This document shows positions 57,153 to 64,000 of a stretch of DNA of 64,000 nucleotides, piece by piece (positions within the stretch are counted from its first letter, which is position 1; each line of letters begins with the position of its first letter). The translations under genes and the position numbers were made by a program. The stretch spans positions 37,356-101,355 of the forward strand of contig CABYHU010000002.1 of the NCBI GenBank assembly GCA_902518715.1, given 5' to 3'. The notes beneath the pieces were generated by a model, which did no database searches, had not been told where the DNA came from, and saw only the letters and a program-made list of their open reading frames with translations. This DNA comes from an uncultured SAR86 cluster bacterium (GTDB lineage: Bacteria; Pseudomonadota; Gammaproteobacteria; Magnimaribacterales; D2472).

Positions 57153-59594
57153 TTAAAAATCTTCGCTTAAAAAAAGCTCGAAATAACTTTCGTCTTCTGC
57201 AGACTTGCTAAGCTCTCCAGTTTTTTTATTAATTCTTACATAAGAAATACCATCTGGAAGAGAAAATTCATCTACATCAATCTTTTTGAAAGCAGAGTTC
57301 ATATAATCTACCCAGATTGGTAATGCTGTTGTAGAACCAAACTCATTATCGCCAAGAGATTCAAAATCATCATTCCCAACCCAAACCGTTGTTACAACAT
57401 TTGAGTTGAAACCACTAAACCATGTACTTACAGCATCATTTGTAGTTCCTGTCTTGCCAGCAAAATCTTTTCTCTCTAAATATCGTGTAAGTCTTCCATT
57501 CGATCCTCTTTGGGAAGCTTCTTTTAGAATATCTTTCACCATAAATGCAACTCTTGGATCAATAACGGGGTCCGATTTATTGAGTGGCGGTAAAAGAAAA
57601 TATGGCTTTGATGCGTCTAGCTGAACTGTGTTGAGCCATGGAAAAGCAGAAATACTAGAGACATTTACAACATCTATTTCTGAGTGATCGAAAATGATAT
57701 CTCCATTCTTATCCTTAATCTGACTTACATAGTGAATATCGGAAATCATTCCACCATTTGCAAATACACTGAAGCCTCTTGCAACCTCAGCGGGAGAAAA
57801 ATTACCTGATCCCAAAGCTAAACTAAGATCTTGAGGCAGTCTCTCTGTGTCAAAACCAAAATTATCAATGGTTTCAGATGACTTTTTAATACCGATTTCT
57901 CTTAAAAGCTTTATCGAAACAATATTAATTGATTGAACAAGTGCTTCCCTGAGAGTTGTTAAGCCATAGAATTTACCTGAATAATTTTCAGGTCTCCAAA
58001 AAGTTTCAAGATTTTCATCTTCAAAAATAATTGGTGCATCATTAATTAAAGATGAAGGATTATAGCCTCCACTGAAAGCTGATGCATAAATGAATGGCTT
58101 GAAAACTGATCCTGATTGAGGATAAGACTGTCTTACTCTGTCAAATTGAGAATCATTGAATACTGAGCCGCCAACATAAGAGAGTACCTCGCCAGTCTTT
58201 GGGTTGAAAGAAATTAATGATGACTGTGCTTGAGGTATTTGATCCAACTTAACCTGATCATTTTCCGCAGACAGATAAACTAGATCTCCCACATCCAATA
58301 AATCCATGAATCCTTTTGGCGCTTTTCCTCTCCTATTCTCATCTAAAAATTCTCTAGCCCAAGAATAACTATCATCCCATTGGATAGTTTCAAAATTAAA
58401 TTGCTCATCAATAGCTGTAAATCCTGAATCCCAAACTTCAATTACAATAGCTCTTTGATGAGATTGAATAAATGGATTTTCTTCAAAAATATCACGAAGT
58501 AACTCCTCTGAAATATTTTGGTAATTAATTGGATCAGATTGAATTACATAGTCTTGAGATAATAAGAAATTAAAATCTTCGCTCTCTATTGATTTAAAGA
58601 ATTCATCACCTAGTCTATCAATATAATTGCTCTTTTCTCGCCAGCCATGCCTTTTATCATACTCAAATAGCCTTTTTGTTATTGCTTGGTTTGCGCTTTC
58701 CTGAAGCTCAGAATCAATAGTTGTATAAACAGACCAGCCTTCTTCATATGCTCTGATACCATATCTGTTAATTACTTCAAATCTTGCAAGCTCAGCAAGA
58801 TGGCTAGCTTCAAGATCATAATTATTGATAGATATGGGAAGATTTATTTCACTATTTATTGCAGTCTGATAATCTTGTTCAGAGATAAAGTCTAAAAGTT
58901 TCATTCTGTATAAAACCCAATTCCTTCTAGCCTCAGTTCTATCTGGATTTCTAATTGGATTCACTCTTGATGGAAGTTGAGCAAGAGAGGCTATTAAAGC
59001 TGATTCAGCTACCGTTAATTCTCCAACCGATTTACCAAAATAAGTATTGGCAGCTGCCTCAATGCCATAAGATCTATTGCCTAGGAAGATTGTATTTACA
59101 TATATCTCAAATATCTCTTCCTTTGAGAATGCACTTTCGAGGTGAAATGCTAAAAAAATTTCTTTAATCTTTCTCCTTACTTTCTTTTCTCGAGTTAAAA
59201 GATAATTTCTTACAACTTGCATTGTAATTGTGCCGCCACCAGTTGCATCAAGGCCTACTCTAATATATTGAGAAAAAGCTCTTATCAAACTTGGATACGA
59301 AACACCTCTATGCTCAAAAAAACTGTCATCCTCTGCTGCTAGAAATGCATTCTTCAAATCTTCAGGTATTTCTTCAAATCCTAATGGTCTTCTTTTCTTT
59401 TCTCCGAATTCTCCAATTAATTTCTCATCGGATGTATAAATTTTGAGAGGTATTTGAAGTTTTGATTGGTCAACATTGTCTACTCTTGGAAGTTCGGATA
59501 ATAAATAAAGGTATGTTGAGAGTAATATTATTCCAACAAAGGTTGCAACAAAAATTGCAACTTTCAGGAATAACTCTAAAAGCCTACTAACCAT
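57153..59594 (-). CDS. mrcA: Penicillin-binding protein 1A (bifunctional glycosyltransferase/transpeptidase)
   Basis: It has the GT51 motifs EDDSFFEHRG and GGGTITMQ, and the transpeptidase motifs SGSVFKP (SxxK) and KTGTTND. It is 813 aa. Confidence 0.93.
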   Translation of the reverse strand: MVSRLLELFLKVAIFVATFVGIILLSTYLYLLSELPRVDNVDQSKLQIPLKIYTSDEKLIGEFGEKKRRPLGFEEIPEDLKNAFLAAEDDSFFEHRGVSYPSLIRAFSQYIRVGLDATGGGTITMQVVRNYLLTREKKVRRKIKEIFLAFHLESAFSKEEIFEIYVNTIFLGNRSYGIEAAANTYFGKSVGELTVAESALIASLAQLPSRVNPIRNPDRTEARRNWVLYRMKLLDFISEQDYQTAINSEINLPISINNYDLEASHLAELARFEVINRYGIRAYEEGWSVYTTIDSELQESANQAITKRLFEYDKRHGWREKSNYIDRLGDEFFKSIESEDFNFLLSQDYVIQSDPINYQNISEELLRDIFEENPFIQSHQRAIVIEVWDSGFTAIDEQFNFETIQWDDSYSWAREFLDENRRGKAPKGFMDLLDVGDLVYLSAENDQVKLDQIPQAQSSLISFNPKTGEVLSYVGGSVFNDSQFDRVRQSYPQSGSVFKPFIYASAFSGGYNPSSLINDAPIIFEDENLETFWRPENYSGKFYGLTTLREALVQSINIVSIKLLREIGIKKSSETIDNFGFDTERLPQDLSLALGSGNFSPAEVARGFSVFANGGMISDIHYVSQIKDKNGDIIFDHSEIDVVNVSSISAFPWLNTVQLDASKPYFLLPPLNKSDPVIDPRVAFMVKDILKEASQRGSNGRLTRYLERKDFAGKTGTTNDAVSTWFSGFNSNVVTTVWVGNDDFESLGDNEFGSTTALPIWVDYMNSAFKKIDVDEFSLPDGISYVRINKKTGELSKSAEDESYFELFLSEDF

Positions 59595-59652
59595 AATTTT
59601 AATATTTTATATGTTTAGGTGCTAAAATTCGCAGCTTAGTGAAAAATCTTTT

Positions 59653-60159
59653 ATGAATATTTATATTGTTGGGCCTATGGGATCAGGTAAATCCACTGTT
59701 GGTAAAATAGTAGCTCGCTCGCTTTTTTTAGATTTCTTGGACTCTGATGAGGAGATAGAGAAAACAACTGGTGCTAGTATTGATTGGATTTTTGATCTTG
59801 AAGGAGAGGAAGGATTTAGAAAAAGAGAGACGGCTGAGCTTGAAAAGATAGTGCAACTAAATTCTCATGTTGTTGCTACTGGCGGTGGAATTATTCTATC
59901 TGATCATAATAGAAATCTTCTTAGTGCTAGAGGAGTTGTTATTTACTTAGAAACTCCCATAAAAATTCAAGTTGAGAGAACAAGTAAAGATAAAGACAGG
60001 CCCTTATTAAAAGATGGTGATCCGGAATCAATACTTACAAAACTTAATAGTGAGCGAGAACACTTATATAAAGAGGTATCTGACTATACAATTCAAACGA
60101 GTGATAAATCCAGTCAAGAGGTTGCAGACCAAATAATAAATATTATTAAGAATAAATAA
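59653..60159 (+). CDS. aroK: Shikimate kinase
   Basis: It has the P-loop IVGPMGSGKST, FLDSD and GGGI. It is 168 aa and lies upstream of aroB. Confidence 0.9.
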   Translation: MNIYIVGPMGSGKSTVGKIVARSLFLDFLDSDEEIEKTTGASIDWIFDLEGEEGFRKRETAELEKIVQLNSHVVATGGGIILSDHNRNLLSARGVVIYLETPIKIQVERTSKDKDRPLLKDGDPESILTKLNSEREHLYKEVSDYTIQTSDKSSQEVADQIINIIKNK

Positions 60160-61220
60160 TGATTAAAAAAGTTTTAGTTGGTGATGAAAAATATAAGGTT
60201 CTTATTGGTAAGAATAAGATCTTTAAAGATTATCTTCCCAGCGCAGTATCAAAGAATAATAAAATTTTTATTATTACTGATAAAAATATCCCTACTGCAT
60301 ACATTGAACTCATAAAAAAATCGATTCCCTCTAATAAAGTAACTGACTTGATTAAAATTAAGCCTGGAGAGGAATCAAAATCATTTACTAACTTTCAAAT
60401 GATTCTTAATAAGCTTGCTAAAAAAAAATATGATCGATCGGATTGTATAGTTGCCATTGGAGGTGGTGTTGTTGGAGACTTGAGTGGTTTTGTTGCTGCA
60501 AGCTTTATGAGAGGCATAGATTATATTCAAATACCAACCTCACTTCTTGCCCAAGTTGATTCATCAGTAGGAGGAAAAACTGCCATTAACATTGAGTCCG
60601 GAAAAAATCTTGTCGGTGCCTTTAAGAATCCAAAGTTAGTGTTGATATCTTCAGCCTTATTAAAATCACTTCCGGAGAGAGAATTCAAATCTGGAATAGC
60701 AGAAATAATTAAATATGGGCTAATTTATAACAAGAAAATATTCAATATTTTTGATAAGCAGCATAAGCAAATTCTGAAAAGAAACCAAAGAGTAATTGAA
60801 GAGCTTATTCATGAGTCAGTTAAAACAAAAGCAAAAATTGTCACTGAGGATGAGAGAGAGTTAGGCATAAGAGCTATATTGAACTTTGGGCACACCTACG
60901 GTCATGCGATAGAAGCAATAAATAATTACAAAAATGTTTTACATGGTGAAGCCGTAGCTATGGGTATGAGAATGGCTTCTAAAATGTCCATGATAGAGGG
61001 TCACTTAAATGAAAAGACTTATAAAAAAATAATTAATGTTTTTGATGCTCTTAACTTTCCTAAAAATACATCAAATAATTATTCAGACTTAAAGAAGTTT
61101 ATTTTGAGTGACAAGAAGGTCAAAGGTGGGAATATTAATTTAATACTTTTAAAAGGAATTGGCCAGTCATTCCAAACTCAAAAATTTAATTTTGAGAATT
61201 TCAAAAAATCTTTTTCTTAG
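60159..61220 (+). CDS. aroB: 3-dehydroquinate synthase
   Basis: It has IGGGVVGDLSGFVAA, VDSSVGGKTAIN and the metal ligands in NFGHTYGHAIE..HGEAVAMG. It is 353 aa. Confidence 0.93.
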   Translation: MIKKVLVGDEKYKVLIGKNKIFKDYLPSAVSKNNKIFIITDKNIPTAYIELIKKSIPSNKVTDLIKIKPGEESKSFTNFQMILNKLAKKKYDRSDCIVAIGGGVVGDLSGFVAASFMRGIDYIQIPTSLLAQVDSSVGGKTAINIESGKNLVGAFKNPKLVLISSALLKSLPEREFKSGIAEIIKYGLIYNKKIFNIFDKQHKQILKRNQRVIEELIHESVKTKAKIVTEDERELGIRAILNFGHTYGHAIEAINNYKNVLHGEAVAMGMRMASKMSMIEGHLNEKTYKKIINVFDALNFPKNTSNNYSDLKKFILSDKKVKGGNINLILLKGIGQSFQTQKFNFENFKKSFS

Positions 61221-64000
61221 GCAGCGCTGGCTGTTGTAGCTTTAAGGAGATCGTTCACACTCAGAGCAACCGGCGAAACAAGCCAAAAATTTGGCAGATA
61301 TCTTTCAAAATCTTCTAATATTTCTTTTGCTTTCATGCTCTTGGTATTCTTGTAATGTTCCTCTATAAGAAGTTTAAGATTTTGTCTATGTGGATCCATA
61401 GTTTCGCTTAAAACTCTGTCCAAATTGATCAATTCACGATTACATTTATCGAAGAATGATCTCTTTTCATCCAATACATATGAGAATCCACCCGTCATTC
61501 CTGCTCCAAAATTTGCTCCAACTTCACCTAAAATAACAACCTGCCCTCCTGTCATGTATTCACAACAATGATCTCCAGCTCCCTCAATGACTGCGGTTGC
61601 TCCAGAGTTTCTAACTGCAAAACGTTCTCCTACTCCGCCTGAGACAAATAAGTTTCCTCCAGTTGCTCCGTAAAGCGCTGTATTTCCTGCAACAATATTG
61701 TTGAGATTCTTTTCTAGGCTTTTAGGCGGCTTAACAACAATTCTTCCGCCATTCATCCCCTTTCCAAGATAATCATTTACATCACCTTCGACTTTTAGAT
61801 TCAAACCTTTAATGTTCCAGCAACCAAAACTTTGTCCTGCTGAGCCAGTGAAATTTAAACTAATTTTGTTATCTAGACCATCTTCTCCAAAATTTTCTGC
61901 AATAAATCCAGAAATAGATGCCCCTACAGACCTATCGCTATTTGTAATATTAAATTTTAAAGTCTTTGATTTATTTGAAAGAATGCTTTTTTTCGCTTTT
62001 GCTAAGATCTGTTTGTTTAGTTGACCTTTATCCCAAGGCTTATTCCTATTTGAATTACAAAAGTAAGGTTGTAAAGACTTTTTACTGGAAGCTAAGATTG
62101 GACTTAAATCTAAATCGCCATACCTTTCAGGCATGTCTTTTATAATATCTAAAAGTTCAGTCTTTCCAATTATATCCTCAAGCTTTTGTTCCCCAAGTTC
62201 AGCAAGAATTTCTCGCACCTCATTACTTATAAATTTAAAGTAATTTACGACTCTTTCTTTCTCTCCGACAAAATGTCTATCAATTATGTCTGATCGCTGT
62301 GTTGCAACACCTGTTGCACAATTATTGAGATGGCATATTTTAAGATACTTGCATCCCATAGCTATCATTGGGCCAGTCCCAAAGCCGAAAGATTCAGCAC
62401 CCATAATCGCAGCTTTAACTACATCCAGTCCAGTCTTTAAGCCGCCATCAACTTGCACTCTTACTCTTCCCCTTAATCCGCTTTCTCTCAAAGCTTGGTG
62501 AGTTTCAGATAAACCTAATTCCCATGGAGACCCTGCATATCTTATTGAGGAAATAGGACTGGCTCCAGTTCCTCCATCATGACCAGAAATTGTTATTAAA
62601 TCGGCATAAGCTTTAGCAACTCCACAAGCAATTGTTCCAACTCCTGGTTCAGAAACTAACTTTACTGATACAAGAGCTTTGGGATTTACTTGTTTTAGAT
62701 CAAAAATTAATTGTGCTAGATCTTCTATTGAATAAATATCATGATGCGGTGGTGGAGATATCAGAGTAATGCCTGGAGTTGAATATCGTAATCTTGCAAT
62801 TAGCTCATTAACTTTTCCACCAGGAAGTTGGCCTCCCTCACCAGGCTTTGCGCCCTGTGCAATTTTTATTTGAAGCACCTCGGCACTTACTAAATATTCA
62901 GGAGTAACACCAAATCTTCCAGAGGCAATTTGCTTTATTTTTGATCGTTTATTTGTTCCATATCTTTCTTTCGCTTCTCCCCCTTCACCTGAATTCGATC
63001 TACCGCCAATAGAATTCATGGCTTCAGCAAGAGTTTCATGAGCTTTTGGCGATAATGAGCCTAAACTCATCCCTGCTGAATCAAATCTTTTTAGAATATG
63101 TTTTTGTGGTTCAACTTTTGATTTTTTAATCTTTGGTTTTTTACTATTAAACTTTAAAAGATCTCTGAGCATGGAAGTTGGTCTTGAATTTACTAAATTA
63201 GAATATTTTTTATATTCATCTTCATCTCCGCTTCTTACTGCTTCTTGTAATGTTTTCACTACATCAGGGTTATAACTATGGTATTCACCGCCATGAATAA
63301 ACTTTAATAAACCACCAACGCTTACATCGGATATATTTGACTTTGCAAATAATGAAATATTCCTGTTTTCATTTTCAAGATTTCTGAAGTTCTTTCCACC
63401 AATTCTGCTATCCGTATTTGTGAAACATTTATCTACAACTTCATTTGATAGTCCAACGATTTCAAAAAGTTGTGATCCTCTATAGCTAGAAATTAATGAA
63501 ATGCCTAACTTTGAGATTATTTTTAATAGGCCTTTATTAATTCCCTTTCTATACTTTGCGCAATTTTCAAAAGGATCGCCTTTCAATTCTTTTTTATGAC
63601 TAAGGTCTAAGATTGTTTGGTATGCGAGCCATGGATAGACGGAGGTCGCACCAAAAGCAATAAGACAGGCAATTTGATGAGTGTCTCTGGCAGAACCAGT
63701 GCTGACAATAATATTTACTTTGGTTCTCTTTCTTTGCTCTATTAGGGCTTGATGAAGAGCACCAGTTGCCATCAAAGCATTCAAAGATAATTTATTTTTT
63801 GATGGCAGTACCTCATTTAGATGAATAATTGTTACGCCTTTATCTATGGCTGAAGAAACGTCTAAAATCAGCTTATCAATTGCATCTGAAATTGAACTAC
63901 TTTCACCATATTCAAGATCAAAGGTTTTAACCTTAAAAATCTTATTTTTTAAAATCCAATCAAGTTTTTTATAAGAGAGAATTGGGGAGTAAGTAACTAA
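61217..64000 (-). CDS. gltB: Glutamate synthase large subunit, partial (central, FMN and C-terminal GXGXG domains; N-terminus lies beyond the right edge)
   Basis: The FMN-domain segments are ISPPPHHDIYSIEDL and GHDGGTGASP. The C-terminal domain has the repeated G-x-G pattern (GSAGQSFG, GATGG, GANFGAGMTGG). My manual translation shows the frame stays open upstream of the tracked TTG start, through to nt 64000. Confidence 0.93.
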   Translation of the reverse strand, partial: LVTYSPILSYKKLDWILKNKIFKVKTFDLEYGESSSISDAIDKLILDVSSAIDKGVTIIHLNEVLPSKNKLSLNALMATGALHQALIEQRKRTKVNIIVSTGSARDTHQIACLIAFGATSVYPWLAYQTILDLSHKKELKGDPFENCAKYRKGINKGLLKIISKLGISLISSYRGSQLFEIVGLSNEVVDKCFTNTDSRIGGKNFRNLENENRNISLFAKSNISDVSVGGLLKFIHGGEYHSYNPDVVKTLQEAVRSGDEDEYKKYSNLVNSRPTSMLRDLLKFNSKKPKIKKSKVEPQKHILKRFDSAGMSLGSLSPKAHETLAEAMNSIGGRSNSGEGGEAKERYGTNKRSKIKQIASGRFGVTPEYLVSAEVLQIKIAQGAKPGEGGQLPGGKVNELIARLRYSTPGITLISPPPHHDIYSIEDLAQLIFDLKQVNPKALVSVKLVSEPGVGTIACGVAKAYADLITISGHDGGTGASPISSIRYAGSPWELGLSETHQALRESGLRGRVRVQVDGGLKTGLDVVKAAIMGAESFGFGTGPMIAMGCKYLKICHLNNCATGVATQRSDIIDRHFVGEKERVVNYFKFISNEVREILAELGEQKLEDIIGKTELLDIIKDMPERYGDLDLSPILASSKKSLQPYFCNSNRNKPWDKGQLNKQILAKAKKSILSNKSKTLKFNITNSDRSVGASISGFIAENFGEDGLDNKISLNFTGSAGQSFGCWNIKGLNLKVEGDVNDYLGKGMNGGRIVVKPPKSLEKNLNNIVAGNTALYGATGGNLFVSGGVGERFAVRNSGATAVIEGAGDHCCEYMTGGQVVILGEVGANFGAGMTGGFSYVLDEKRSFFDKCNRELINLDRVLSETMDPHRQNLKLLIEEHYKNTKSMKAKEILEDFERYLPNFWLVSPVALSVNDLLKATTASAA

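Overview
This window is a very compact, AT-rich stretch of core chromosome from a gammaproteobacterium. I call 66 CDS and 2 tRNAs. Almost every intergenic spacer is under 100 bp, and many genes overlap at start/stop codons.

The taxonomic call rests on conserved syntenies:
- gyrA-serC-pheA-tyrA-aroA-cmk-rpsA-ihfB
- uvrC-pgsA followed by tRNA-Cys and tRNA-Leu
- ubiG-HAD-SDR
- scpA-scpB-rluB
- xseB-ispA-dxs
- nrdR-ribD-ribBA-ribH-nusB
- miaA-hflK-hflC-purA
- ponA next to aroK-aroB and gltB

The AT richness and compaction suggest a streamlined marine lineage. SAR86-like is only a guess. I found no rRNA, CRISPR array, transposase, integrase, prophage structural genes or recognisable defence genes. 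I cannot point to a clear-cut new system.

The best candidates for a second look are:
1. A DnaT-like plus lambda-P-like gene pair (26989-28102) in a non-prophage context, which may be a domesticated helicase-loader module.
2. A fusion of a HIGH-motif adenylyl/cytidylyltransferase with a type II PMI cupin (17314-18090).
3. A small APS-kinase-like plus NMNAT-like pair and other glycan genes inserted into the conserved pgsA-tRNA locus (1-3885).
4. A module of a GT4 glycosyltransferase, a methyltransferase and a helical-repeat protein, co-oriented with ilvE and next to waaA/lpxL (50697-54213).
5. Signs of streamlining: hfq-hflX and pilMNOPQ are absent from their canonical slots, convergent genes overlap by 41-44 nt at their 3' ends, S1 has five domains and no leader, and the GTP cyclohydrolase II domain of RibBA is degenerate.

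All functional calls come from reading motifs in the supplied translations. No database search was run.
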